DNA of 64,000 nucleotides from Snowella sp. (GCA_035285545.1 JAYKGY010000128.1:1-64000); one strand, 5' to 3'. Shown: positions 40,024 to 50,165, numbered from the stretch's first letter. The notes: a model not told the origin generated them from the letters alone. Numbers and translations: made by a program.

Positions 40024-40449
40024 TTAATTTATTGTCCAATCTTCAAATATTAAGTTAGGAACTTTACTAAAATCTCGATGATTACGAGTTAATAAAGTCA
40101 TCTGATTGGCAAGAGTAATTGCTGAAATTTTTAAATCCTGTGTTCCGATTCGTATCTTTTGTTGACGAAATTTTTGATAATAACTTAATGCAAAATTATC
40201 AAAATCTAATAAATTCATACGAGTAAAAAAATCAAAAGTTGCATGAAGATCGGCATAAGCTCTAGGTAGTTTTTCGGGATTATTAGTAAATTTACTGATC
40301 ACGCTAAAGCGTCCTCTAATTTGTTCTTCTAAAGTGATCACAGTAACAAATATTTGAGAGTCATCAACAAATCTAAAACGTTTCAAAAAAATAGGATTAC
40401 CTCGCTGGAGTGCAGTGACATGATCAGTATTGAGAATATATTTTGTCAC
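40024..40449 (-). CDS. vapC: PIN/VapC family protein with first acidic residue replaced (ILNTD)
   Basis: YILNTDH, ITLEEQIRG, GTQDLKISAI, LTRNHRDF; GTG start overlaps upstream TGA (GTGA). Confidence 0.88.
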   Translation of the reverse strand: MTKYILNTDHVTALQRGNPIFLKRFRFVDDSQIFVTVITLEEQIRGRFSVISKFTNNPEKLPRAYADLHATFDFFTRMNLLDFDNFALSYYQKFRQQKIRIGTQDLKISAITLANQMTLLTRNHRDFSKVPNLIFEDWTIN

Positions 40450-42389
40450 GCAGCAGAGATCTCCTCGTCCTCACTATTAGCTATTTCGATTTCTAATTGT
40501 TGACGATTGTTAGCCATCGCTTCTTCAAACTCTTCAAAGAAAGGATCATCGTTAAACATTCCTGCCAATTGGAGAAAAGAGTTGAATTTTTCTGGTTTAT
40601 CCTGATAATTAAGCATCGGCAAACAACATAATCGAAGAGTAAACCACCATAAATATTCCACAATTCCAGATTGAAATTCTTGATCGTCCATTAAACCATG
40701 AGCCATGCGATTTCTTAAATTGCATCCTGAATGTTCTACCAATAAACATTTCAAATGAAATAAAACATCCTCATCAAAAACTTGACCAATTTCTGAACGA
40801 TAAAGGGTTGAATTAAGATTATGCTCATTTTGAATACCACGATCATCTAATCCAGAAGTAATTATTCCTTTTTGCCAGAGTAAATAACGAACTGAATTTT
40901 CAATTTGAGGAATTAGTAAATGAGTCGAAGTAAAAAAGTCTCCCATTAAGCCCGCATATAGCCCCTTAGCAAAAAGATACTCGCGTCCTGATGGTACAAA
41001 GGAATTATCTTGAACAAGAAAAAGCAAATCTTTAATGTGTATATTATGCTCTAAGTTAATTTGTTGTCTTGCTGGTTGAATAAGCTCCGTTGTATAAAAA
41101 CAACACTTATCAGAAAATTGATTCTTTTGAAATTTAATTAATTCTTGTATTTCTTTTGGATTATTATTTGGGTTATTAAAATCAATTTGTCTTTGTTTTG
41201 CCGTAGTTTTTCCTTGTAAATTTTTTTTAGTAACTGGAAAAGAAGAGGTCAAAGGATTATTGTTCAAATATTCTTCTGCTTCTAATGTAAGATCACTAAC
41301 TTTCTGAAGTGGAATATTGATTACCAGTGAAAATAACGCTTCTGGAAAATCTTTGTTTTTAACCATTTCTCTTGCTCTATTTTGTAATTCTTGATCCGAA
41401 TCATAAATAAAATTAATGGCAATTAATTCTTTAGATGACTGTTCTTGATATTTTAATAAAATTTTATGACATTGGTTAGCACGTAGCTTTGCTTTTTCAT
41501 CTGGAATTTTTCTAAAAGCTACATAGGCACTTTCCATCAATTTAGATGCTATTGAATAACTAGGTGCTTCCCTTCTCTGGATCGCTTCAGCTTGCTTAAC
41601 ATAAGTCTCTGCCGCGAACATCTTTGACTCAAATTCTTTACTTTTATTACCTTCAATTCGATGCCATTGGGCTTTAAGTTCCCAATATTCTCTTGCTATC
41701 TCCCAGTCAGAGTTAAGCTCCGCAAGGTTAGCTAAGATTTCTGATAATGCAGAATACTTACTTGAATCACCTAACTTCTTCTCAACTAAAAGCTCCATTA
41801 ATTTTGCTGGCAGCCATAAAGAGTCTTCTTCCTTATGATGATCAAGTACATCTTCAATATACTTAAAAATTTTATCTTTTTTAGCTGGATCGTTAATTTG
41901 ATATGCTAAACAAAATGCTCTTTGGATTGGCTCAAAACGTCGTAGCCAGCATTGAACATTTGGAAATTTAGCAGATTCTAAGTAACTATCAATAGCTAAT
42001 TTAGCCATTTCTTGACATTTGTTTGTAGGAAATTTTTTAATCCATAAAATATCTGCAATTCTAGCCGTTAACTCTGAAAATCTGCTATCAGAAATTTCAT
42101 GAACAATTTCAAATAAAAAGTTTAATTCTGCCTGACTGAGAGTTTCAAAAACTTCTAAAGGATGCTCCTCACTTTTTCCATCTGGAGGAATTACAGAAAA
42201 AGTAATTCGTGCTAATAACTCAAAAACGTTTTTTTCTCTAACATTGCCTTGTGTTTCGGCCACTTGAGCTTTTTTTCTAAAGGCTTGCCAGTAATCAAGC
42301 CATCCGCGATCGCCACTATTGATAACAACGTCTTGCCAGCTAGAATTCAGAAAATCATCTTTATTTAGAAGAGGATCGGGAGGAGACAT
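40446..42389 (-). CDS. DUF4209-type HEPN-motif protein with C-terminal antitoxin-like tail
   Basis: Helical N-region; LIPQIENSVR...NLRNRMAHGL (R-x4-H); tail LAGMFNDDPFFEEFEEAM. Confidence 0.78.
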   Translation of the reverse strand: MSPPDPLLNKDDFLNSSWQDVVINSGDRGWLDYWQAFRKKAQVAETQGNVREKNVFELLARITFSVIPPDGKSEEHPLEVFETLSQAELNFLFEIVHEISDSRFSELTARIADILWIKKFPTNKCQEMAKLAIDSYLESAKFPNVQCWLRRFEPIQRAFCLAYQINDPAKKDKIFKYIEDVLDHHKEEDSLWLPAKLMELLVEKKLGDSSKYSALSEILANLAELNSDWEIAREYWELKAQWHRIEGNKSKEFESKMFAAETYVKQAEAIQRREAPSYSIASKLMESAYVAFRKIPDEKAKLRANQCHKILLKYQEQSSKELIAINFIYDSDQELQNRAREMVKNKDFPEALFSLVINIPLQKVSDLTLEAEEYLNNNPLTSSFPVTKKNLQGKTTAKQRQIDFNNPNNNPKEIQELIKFQKNQFSDKCCFYTTELIQPARQQINLEHNIHIKDLLFLVQDNSFVPSGREYLFAKGLYAGLMGDFFTSTHLLIPQIENSVRYLLWQKGIITSGLDDRGIQNEHNLNSTLYRSEIGQVFDEDVLFHLKCLLVEHSGCNLRNRMAHGLMDDQEFQSGIVEYLWWFTLRLCCLPMLNYQDKPEKFNSFLQLAGMFNDDPFFEEFEEAMANNRQQLEIEIANSEDEEISAA

Positions 42390-42505
42390 CGTTTAAACCT
42401 CAAGTTTTACTGCCAGTTTAACATCTAATTTTGATGGCAATTATTAGCTAATTTTCGACACAAAGGAAAATTGCATTAAAAAAGCGATCGCGAATTTGAT
42501 AGTAG

Positions 42506-43408
42506 CTATTTACTAGCTCCAGCTAAGCGATCTTGGTTAGCCGCTAAAGGAAAGCCTAAAGATTCCCGTTGTTCTAAATATAAATGGGCAACTTCTCTAG
42601 CCAGATTACGAATTCTGCCGATATAGCGAGTCCGTTCAGTCACTGCAATCACGCCCCTAGCATCCAACAAATTGAAAGAATGGGAGCATTTGAGGACATA
42701 TTCTAAGCTGGGCAACACTAAACCCCGTTCAATCAGTTGTTTCGCCTCTTGTTCATAGAGACTGAATAGGTTTAACAACAACTCTGGATTAGAGGCTTCA
42801 AAATTGTAAGTACATTGCTCAATTTCCCCTTGCCAGAAAATATCCCCGTATTGAATCTGGTCATTCCATTGAATCTTATTAATTGCATCCACGCTTTGGA
42901 GATACATGGCTAACCGTTCTAACCCATAGGTAATTTCGATAGACACAGGCCGACAATCAATCCCCCCACACTGCTGAAAATAGGTAAATTGGGTCACTTC
43001 CATGCCATCGAGCCAGACCTCCCAACCTACGCCCCAGGCCCCCAACGTGGGGGATTCCCAGTTATCTTCGACGAAACGAATATCGTGGTCTTCGGGGTGG
43101 ATCCCTAAAGCGCGGAGGGAATCTAAATAAATTTCTTGAATATTATCGGGAGAAGGCTTAATTAAGACCTGATACTGAAAATAGTGTTGGACTCGATTGG
43201 GATTTTCACCATAACGCCCATCAGTGGGGCGGCGGCAGGGTTCGACGTAGGCAACTGACCAAGGTTCTGGGCCGATCGCTCTTAAAAACGTATGGGGACT
43301 CATGGTTCCTGCGCCTTTTTCCGTATCAAAGGGTTGGGCAATCAGGCATCCCCGCGCACTCCAAAACTCATGTAATTGAGCGATGATGGCCTGAAAGTTG
43401 ATTGTCAT
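42506..43408 (-). CDS. glyQ: Glycine-tRNA ligase alpha subunit
   Basis: [36 protein letters not shown]. Confidence 0.98.
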   Translation of the reverse strand: MTINFQAIIAQLHEFWSARGCLIAQPFDTEKGAGTMSPHTFLRAIGPEPWSVAYVEPCRRPTDGRYGENPNRVQHYFQYQVLIKPSPDNIQEIYLDSLRALGIHPEDHDIRFVEDNWESPTLGAWGVGWEVWLDGMEVTQFTYFQQCGGIDCRPVSIEITYGLERLAMYLQSVDAINKIQWNDQIQYGDIFWQGEIEQCTYNFEASNPELLLNLFSLYEQEAKQLIERGLVLPSLEYVLKCSHSFNLLDARGVIAVTERTRYIGRIRNLAREVAHLYLEQRESLGFPLAANQDRLAGASK

Positions 43409-43584
43409 TGGGGCTACTCCTCTCCCGGATATTGCTTTGTCTATTCTCTCCCAGAACGCTTCCTTTGTCTGGTGAACTTGACAAAACTATCAAATTACGT
43501 AATTTTTTTAGTGTATCAATTCAGTTATTATGAAACCAAGATTCTGAAGATAATCAACCAAAAGCATTATTATCCCTAAAAATT

Positions 43585-43800
43585 ATGGCTGAATTTGATA
43601 TGGGTTTGCCAAGTGTACGGCAAGTTCAGGAAATGATCAAAGCGCAAAAAGAAGTTGAAGCAAAACTTGTGACCAATGATCTCCTAAGCGGTAAAATTCG
43701 ATGGCAAGACCCCCATTGTATTTGTTTGATCAATCAATCTAATGAACCGATCGTGATTTGGCGGCACTCTCTTGTTTTTTTAAAACCTAAATCTATTTGA
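43585..43800 (+). CDS. hfq: Cyanobacterial Hfq (Sm-like) protein
   Basis: GLPSVRQVQ...GKIRWQD...IWRHSL; 71 aa. Confidence 0.88.
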   Translation: MAEFDMGLPSVRQVQEMIKAQKEVEAKLVTNDLLSGKIRWQDPHCICLINQSNEPIVIWRHSLVFLKPKSI

Positions 43801-44011
43801 GAGAGAATCAACGAAGAAATCTTTAACAATCATGGAAATATTTAATTATTCAAATGGTGTTTATTGCTTATTGAATCTAAGAAGATGAATCAATGTTAAT
43901 CCCTTATTCAATCATCAATCCCCAACTTTTCCATTTTCATTCAAAGATTGACCTCTTTATTGTTAATCAGTTTCAGTAATTATCAAAACAATCATTCCCT
44001 TACCAGCCACC

Positions 44012-44533
44012 ATGAGTATTCAACAAATTGTTCATCAAGCCTTAACAGACGGTTTTCTTACCCCCACGATGGAAGCAGAAGTTGGACGAATCTGTGAAGG
44101 CGCTTCTGAATTGTCCCTCGAAGAGTATATGGCTCTAGATCAATTGATGGGAGCTTTGTTGACGGGGGAAGTGGTGGCTATGCCCCATAAGCAATTTATT
44201 AATGTTATGGAAGAGTTAGTGGTCAGTGAAGTGATCACTCAAGTGGCAGAATTATCATTGCCGTTACAACGGAACCTAGATGTTTCCGATATTGCTGCCT
44301 ATGCCCTCAATCGTCTTCCTCCCCTTTATGCGACCTCCGAGGAAGGGGCTACCTATCAACGCGATCGCGCCCAAACCGAATTGAAACCGCTCATTCATGA
44401 GCAAGTCAAAGAAGGAATTAACCGCTTTCTTGACCGTCCCAGCATTCCGGATCGCAATCCTCTGGACAAACCCGTGCGTAAAGATCTGCTCGAACAAGTC
44501 AGTGGCTTATTAAAATCCTTTGCTCCCGATTAA
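44012..44533 (+). CDS. ComFB family protein (CdgR-like c-di-GMP receptor)
   Basis: NVMEELV, DIAAYALNRLPPLYATSEEG; directly downstream of hfq. Confidence 0.85.
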   Translation: MSIQQIVHQALTDGFLTPTMEAEVGRICEGASELSLEEYMALDQLMGALLTGEVVAMPHKQFINVMEELVVSEVITQVAELSLPLQRNLDVSDIAAYALNRLPPLYATSEEGATYQRDRAQTELKPLIHEQVKEGINRFLDRPSIPDRNPLDKPVRKDLLEQVSGLLKSFAPD

Positions 44534-44700
44534 AGCCATTGCAAAAGAAGGAAATCTAATCTAAGTTTTGTTCACTCTATACAGAATAGTTAGAGAAAAT
44601 CTGATAAATTCCTGTCCGTCAATCTTTTTCTCAACCGCCTCAGTTGAGTCACAAGATCAAAAACGTTAATATCTGTGTTAAAAATTTCTTGGCTCGTCTT

Positions 44701-44730
44701 GGAACCTTTTTATGGGATATTAGCGTCTAA
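44701..44730 (+). promoter_or_regulatory. Putative ECF-sigma (autoregulatory) promoter
   Basis: GGAACC-N17-CGTCTAA about 40 nt upstream of the sigG ATG. Confidence 0.5.
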
Positions 44731-44771
44731 TTTAACTTAGATGTGAGGAGTAATTTTAATTGGATAATCCC

Positions 44772-45425
44772 ATGAGTCAAGCGTTTTCAGCATCATGGTT
44801 ACGGATTGAGGTCACTCAACCTCAAGTTTCCCTATCCCCTGATAAACTTTCCAGTTACGATTTAATTCTTCGCTGCCAAGAAGGACTCCATCCGGATCGA
44901 GCAGCGTTTGATGAATTATTACGCCGTTATCAATCCCACGTTGACAAAATCCTCTACCATCTTGCCCCCGATTGGCAGGATCGGGCTGATTTAGCCCAGG
45001 AAGTTTGGATTCGGGTTTATCGCAATATTAAACGCCTCAACGAGCCGGTGAAGTTTCGCGGTTGGTTAAGTCGCATTGCTACTAATCTTTTTTATGATGA
45101 GTTACGTAAACGCAAGCGCGTCAGCCACCCCATTTCTCTGGATGCTCCCCGTCGTGTCGAAGATGGTGAAATCGATTGGGATATTGTTTCGGATTACCCT
45201 AGCCCCGATGATACCTTGGCAACACGGGAATTTTACGAGCGTCTTAGAAGCGCGATCGCCGATTTACCCGAAGCGTTTAGAACGACCATTATTTTGAGAG
45301 AAATTGATGGGCTTGCCTACGAAGAAATTGCTGAAATGACCGGCGTTTCCTTGGGAACTGTCAAATCCCGTATTGCCAGAGCGCGGGCTAAACTACAATC
45401 GGTTTTACAGCAATATTTAGATTAA
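44772..45425 (+). CDS. sigG: ECF sigma factor SigG
   Basis: DLAQEVWIRVY, FRGWLSRIATN, YEEIAEMTGVSLGTVKSRIARAR. Confidence 0.9.
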   Translation: MSQAFSASWLRIEVTQPQVSLSPDKLSSYDLILRCQEGLHPDRAAFDELLRRYQSHVDKILYHLAPDWQDRADLAQEVWIRVYRNIKRLNEPVKFRGWLSRIATNLFYDELRKRKRVSHPISLDAPRRVEDGEIDWDIVSDYPSPDDTLATREFYERLRSAIADLPEAFRTTIILREIDGLAYEEIAEMTGVSLGTVKSRIARARAKLQSVLQQYLD

Positions 45426-45533
45426 TATAGGGGTTAGGGAAACCTATTATCAGGTGAGGAGTATGGTTGCTAATTTCGGTTTGGGAAAATTTCCCAGCCT
45501 TCCGTTGTCATCTCGCTCTACCGAGAGGTTATT

Positions 45534-46010
45534 ATGAAGTCGGAATTTCATTATTACGAAGGGTCTGAAGAGGATTTGCTTTATTCAGACGAAGGAATCG
45601 GGCGTTTTGAATTATTAAGTGCTTATTTAGACGGAGAAGTTACGGCAGAAGAACGTCGTCAAGTTCAAGAATGGTTAGATACCGATCCCAAATTAAAACA
45701 AACCTATCTGAAATTATTGCGCCTACAGCAAGGAATTCCTCAAATTACGCCGCCTACCCCTTCTATTTCTGCCCATCAATTATCCGAACGGGTCTTTTCC
45801 CAAATTGATCGAGAACAACAACGACTTCGTTTATTAGTCTGTGGGGGGTTAGCCGCGGCTGCGTTAGGGGTGTTTGCCGTTTCTAACGGTGTCATGGAAA
45901 TCTTAAATCCTTTCCGTCCGAGTCTGCAATCGGCGTTTTTAGAGGTTGAATCTGAACCTTTACAAATTGCGTTAAATCAACCCATTTTTGAGATCCCCGT
46001 TGAGCAATAG
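45534..46010 (+). CDS. Anti-sigma factor (single TM)
   Basis: FELLSAYLDGEVT motif plus TM helix, directly downstream of sigG. Confidence 0.88.
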   Translation: MKSEFHYYEGSEEDLLYSDEGIGRFELLSAYLDGEVTAEERRQVQEWLDTDPKLKQTYLKLLRLQQGIPQITPPTPSISAHQLSERVFSQIDREQQRLRLLVCGGLAAAALGVFAVSNGVMEILNPFRPSLQSAFLEVESEPLQIALNQPIFEIPVEQ

Positions 46011-46012
46011 TC

Positions 46013-46432
46013 TCATTTTGAAAAAGGCTTTTTGGGGTCTGTCAATTCTGTCCAGCAACCGGAAGGCAGATACATTCCTTGAAAAGCTTTGATTTTTTCA
46101 GGAGTCATCACGTAACCCCAAGCTTCCCCTAAGTAGTGATCCTCTAGGTCATAAATGGGGATCAATTGACGTTGGTATTCATTTTGCTCTGGTTTAACCT
46201 GGGGATCGTAGGTTTCCAATTCATCCAATTCCGCTAAGACGGATTGATCCGCAAAGGTCAATAAATAGCCTGTGATTTTATCCTGCCCCGCTGTCATGCC
46301 GGGATAGCCGAGACAGAGATGATAGAGTTTGCCGTAGGTGTAGACTTTGTGTTCGGCGATCGCTTTCCCTTGACAATAGGTGGGATAGTTGCGCTCTCCA
46401 GGCTTGAGGGTTCCGTAAACAAAAACGTTCAA
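46013..46432 (-). CDS. Gamma-glutamylcyclotransferase family protein
   Basis: VFVYGTLK, GYP, LDELE. Confidence 0.88.
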   Translation of the reverse strand: MNVFVYGTLKPGERNYPTYCQGKAIAEHKVYTYGKLYHLCLGYPGMTAGQDKITGYLLTFADQSVLAELDELETYDPQVKPEQNEYQRQLIPIYDLEDHYLGEAWGYVMTPEKIKAFQGMYLPSGCWTELTDPKKPFSK

Positions 46433-46558
46433 CGTCTTTTTCGTGTTGGGTGAATTTAACCAATCCAGGGCTGACTATAGCACGTTCTGAGGAAGTAACC
46501 AACCTGAAAGGGGCTTTTATAATTTAAGTTACTGTTATACTCTGGCTGTGGATGACCT

Positions 46559-48163
46559 GTGAAATTTAAAGTTTTGATCTCCGCGATCGCGCCTTGGGCG
46601 ACTTTCCTCAGTTGGGGAAGCATTAACCCTGTTACGGCTCAGCAAGTTTCCTTGGGAGAACGGGGCATTAATGCAGAACGTTTACACTCAGCCCCCTATT
46701 TTCTCACGGGTAAAAAAATCGCCATTGGACAGTTAGAAATTGGTCGAGCCGCAAAATTTGGCTTTGATAAATTGGCCCGTTGGAAACCCAAATTTTCCCT
46801 AGCAGGGATATTGATCGGCGATCGCGCTGCCCACCCGAATAAAAATTTAGATAATCACGCCGCAATGGTGGCTTCCGTCATGGTGGGACGGGATAAACGT
46901 TTACCAGGGGTTGCCCCTGATGCTAGACTTTTTGCCGCCGCGATCGGTTCTTTACAGCAGAATGCCCAACCGGAAGAATGTTTAACCACCCAAGCTTTGA
47001 CCCAACAAAATGGGGGAGATCTCCGCGCCATTAATTTTAGTTTTGGGGAATCCCTCAGCCGTGATCCTCGATTTAAGGCAAAATTAGACGGCAATGCCCT
47101 ATTAACCCAATGTATTGATTGGTTGGCCCGTACCCAGAACGTTTTATTTGTGATTGCAGGAAATCAGGGAGAAGGGGGCATTCCCATCCCAACGGATCAC
47201 TATAATGGCGTTACGGTTGCCTATACGACCCAACACAATCAACAATTTCGGAAGGTCGATTTCGCTAATTTGAGTAGTATTCCCCAGGGGATGGGGCGAA
47301 AAATTATTAAACAAGAAATTAATGAAAATAATCGGCGGGGAATTTCTTTGGTCGCGCCTGGCAATAAAATATCAACCTACAATATCAACGGAAAAATGAC
47401 TCAAGTGAGTGGCACCAGTTTTGCGGCTCCCCACGTTACTGGCACAGTTGCACTCCTGCAAGAATTCGGCGATCGCCAACTCAGAACAAAAGCAGCCCAC
47501 TGGAGCTTAGATTCTCGCCGCCATGAAGTGATGAAAGCCGTTTTGCTCAATTCGGCGGATAAATTACAAGATCAGGGTGATGGCAACCTACTGGGAATGA
47601 GCCGTACCCTCCTGACGAAACAGAATAAAGACTGGCTAGATTCGGAAGCCTATGCCAATCCCGACATTCCCCTCGATATGGAAATGGGAGCAGGTCAACT
47701 GAATGCCTTTCGTGCCTATGAGCAATTCAAAGCCGGACAATGGAAAGCGGCGCAAACCGTGCCTCCGGTCGGTTGGGATTATCACGCCTTAGTTCCCCAA
47801 GGGGTTCAGGAGTATGTTTTAGAAAAACCCTTACAAGCAGGCAGTTATGCAGCAATTACCTTGACTTGGGATCGGTGGGTTGAACTCAACGATAAAAATG
47901 CCAATCAACGCTACGATCTCGGTGAAAGTTTTCGCGATCGCGGTTTAAATAATTTAGATATTTATTTGTTACCCCATAACGAAACCCAGATATCAAAGGC
48001 AATTTGTGCCTCTCGGAGTAGGGTAGATAGCGTCGAACAGATTTTTTGTCCGATTCCGCAAACAGGACATTATAAAATTCGGGTGCAATATCGTGAGGCA
48101 AGGTATCCCGTGAACCAAACCTATGCCTTGAGTTGGTGGACAGTCGCCGCCAAAGCCCCCTAA
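46559..48163 (+). CDS. S8 family (subtilisin-like) secreted peptidase
   Basis: DNHAAMVA (His), AGN oxyanion Asn, SGTSFAAPHVTG (Ser). Confidence 0.88.
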   Translation: MKFKVLISAIAPWATFLSWGSINPVTAQQVSLGERGINAERLHSAPYFLTGKKIAIGQLEIGRAAKFGFDKLARWKPKFSLAGILIGDRAAHPNKNLDNHAAMVASVMVGRDKRLPGVAPDARLFAAAIGSLQQNAQPEECLTTQALTQQNGGDLRAINFSFGESLSRDPRFKAKLDGNALLTQCIDWLARTQNVLFVIAGNQGEGGIPIPTDHYNGVTVAYTTQHNQQFRKVDFANLSSIPQGMGRKIIKQEINENNRRGISLVAPGNKISTYNINGKMTQVSGTSFAAPHVTGTVALLQEFGDRQLRTKAAHWSLDSRRHEVMKAVLLNSADKLQDQGDGNLLGMSRTLLTKQNKDWLDSEAYANPDIPLDMEMGAGQLNAFRAYEQFKAGQWKAAQTVPPVGWDYHALVPQGVQEYVLEKPLQAGSYAAITLTWDRWVELNDKNANQRYDLGESFRDRGLNNLDIYLLPHNETQISKAICASRSRVDSVEQIFCPIPQTGHYKIRVQYREARYPVNQTYALSWWTVAAKAP

Positions 48164-48256
48164 TATCTTGTTATGATCGACAATTTTGTCAATATCTCTC
48201 TTTTTCTGCGAATACCAGAATGTATTGATTTAAAACGCCCCCTTTCTCAATTCGAT

Positions 48257-48868
48257 TTAAAGCGGAACCAATTCAGGGAAATTAATTAAAACCTGTTCGT
48301 TGGTTAATTCATCCCCTAATTGGGCAGGCGAGAAATGAACTTGGATGGCTTCGAGTTTGTGTTGATAGTGCAGATTAATTAAGGCTTTAAGGCCATACTC
48401 TAGGGCTTCGCGATCGCCTAAATTGGTTTCGAGATCGGCCACTTCTCCGGTAAAAGCAACAGTGAGCATAACAACGATATTCGAGGTACTTGGCAGACTT
48501 AAGGGCAAATCGTCATCGTCCATTTCTTCCCCTGCTACTTCGGCGAGGTAACGTTGGGCGGAGTCGGTAAACAGTTCATTGACGAAATCCCCTGCTTCGC
48601 CTTCATTCCAAAAGACATCGCCTTCATTGGCGGCGGATTCCCAATAGATCTTCATTTGCAGCAAACTTTGGCAGATTTCGACCAGCCCTTCTCCCGTAAC
48701 CTCTAAATCGCCGTCGGATTCAATGCTATCGCGGCCTGCCTGGTTGAGAACCCCTAAAATGGGGGCAATTTCCTGTCCTCGGAGGTGAATAAAAATACGA
48801 GAGACGACATAGCGGGTGCGGCCTGTCATTTGGTTAAAGCGATCGCGGATTCCCATAATGATCTCCAA
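48257..48868 (-). CDS. DUF1517-like protein
   Basis: Acidic protein ending D.LT..QVLINFPELVPL. Confidence 0.7.
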   Translation of the reverse strand: MEIIMGIRDRFNQMTGRTRYVVSRIFIHLRGQEIAPILGVLNQAGRDSIESDGDLEVTGEGLVEICQSLLQMKIYWESAANEGDVFWNEGEAGDFVNELFTDSAQRYLAEVAGEEMDDDDLPLSLPSTSNIVVMLTVAFTGEVADLETNLGDREALEYGLKALINLHYQHKLEAIQVHFSPAQLGDELTNEQVLINFPELVPL

Positions 48869-48873
48869 AAAGC

Positions 48874-49458
48874 TTATTGAGGAACCAATTCACTATTAAA
48901 TTCGTTAAAGGTGCGTACCTTCAATTCTACCGACTCAGAACGGGGCAACAAATTAAATTCTTTGCGGAGCACATCATCCACTTCTTCAAACTTGACGACC
49001 CCTTTACCGTTGTAAATCACTTTTTTATTGGCTCCTAACACCACCGTTTGGGGGATAACGCCTTGATAATAATAGCCCGGTTCATCAGGACGATAGGAAG
49101 ATTTGAGGGGAATGGAATCGACACTAACGGGAATAATGCTGGCTGCCCGACCATAGAATTCTTGAATACGGGAAACAATAAAGGCAAATTGTTTGCAATC
49201 GCTACTATCGTCGAGATAATAAACCAAAACTGCCGGAAGCTTGCGATCAAAGGTTTCAGGCAAACTTAAACGGGGGGGAACCAAGGAACCATTCCCCGCA
49301 TAAACCACAAAAATATTGCCGTCTAAGCGATCATCATCAATGCTAGCTTGAGCAGGCGAGGTACTCAATAGCCAAAAACTCAGGGCAAAGGCAATCACCA
49401 GCGCAATTAAGGACTGTAGGGAGAGACTTTTTACAAACGTTAGACGGTTCAGATTCAT
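48874..49458 (-). CDS. Thioredoxin-like thylakoid protein (photosystem I accumulation factor family)
   Basis: DGNIFVVYAGNGSLVPP, DDSSDCK; likely ATG start at 49458. Confidence 0.75.
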   Translation of the reverse strand: MNLNRLTFVKSLSLQSLIALVIAFALSFWLLSTSPAQASIDDDRLDGNIFVVYAGNGSLVPPRLSLPETFDRKLPAVLVYYLDDSSDCKQFAFIVSRIQEFYGRAASIIPVSVDSIPLKSSYRPDEPGYYYQGVIPQTVVLGANKKVIYNGKGVVKFEEVDDVLRKEFNLLPRSESVELKVRTFNEFNSELVPQ

Positions 49459-49520
49459 TGTTAACTTAAAAAAAAACTTCGTTAAAATATTTAAAAACAA
49501 ACGCGAGATTAGGAAGTCTG

Positions 49521-50060
49521 GTGACTCAACAACGAGCGACCTCACAGTCAAGATCCCGATCAATTCCCCTAAAAGACGCATTAACCAATAGTCATTATGC
49601 TATGTTAGGGCTGCATCCGTCTGCGACTGTCATTGAAATTCGACGAGCCTATCGGGAATTGAGCAAAGCCTATCACCCCGATACCACTACTTTACCGTCT
49701 GAAGTGGCGACTCGTCAGTTTCAGCAGTTAAATGAAGCCTATGCCATTCTCAGTAATCCTGAGCGGCGATCGCTGTACGATTTGCAGATTGGTTATTCCC
49801 GTTGGAATGTGATCCAAGTTCCGACCCATCTTCAACAATCCGAACCCGAAACTCGGAAAACATCGAATGTGGCCTATTTAGACCCTACGGATCGTCCGTT
49901 ATCGGCGGGAGAAATTTTTTCCTTGGTTTTACTAGCTTTAACGCTTTTAGGGTGTCTGGGGTTAGCATTCGCGATCGCCTGGTTGCGGGGTGATCCGTTG
50001 GAAGTGGCAGCCAGTTTACCGAGTTGGAATATACCGGAAATATTTGTATGGATTTCCTGA
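49521..50060 (+). CDS. J-domain protein with C-terminal TM
   Basis: HYAMLGL...YHPD...NEAYAILS. Confidence 0.88.
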   Translation: MTQQRATSQSRSRSIPLKDALTNSHYAMLGLHPSATVIEIRRAYRELSKAYHPDTTTLPSEVATRQFQQLNEAYAILSNPERRSLYDLQIGYSRWNVIQVPTHLQQSEPETRKTSNVAYLDPTDRPLSAGEIFSLVLLALTLLGCLGLAFAIAWLRGDPLEVAASLPSWNIPEIFVWIS

Positions 50061-50095
50061 ATTTTTTAAGAAACTGTTTGTTAAAGTCTTATTTT

Positions 50096-50165
50096 GCCCC
50101 CTAAATCCCTCAACACTGGGGGACTTTTTACGATTTTTCCTCCAACTTTGGGGGGTCAGGGGGGC
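50096..50165. repeat. C/G-run palindromic dispersed repeat
   Basis: GCCCCCTAAATCCCTC...GGGGGAC and CCTCC...GGGGGGTCAGGGGGGC; partial copy CCCCTAAATCCCC near 50728. Confidence 0.55.

Noticed and set aside
49459..49581. Extended N-terminus of ORF 48874-49581
   Set aside because: Overlaps the divergent J-domain gene; ATG 49458 gives a more plausible start
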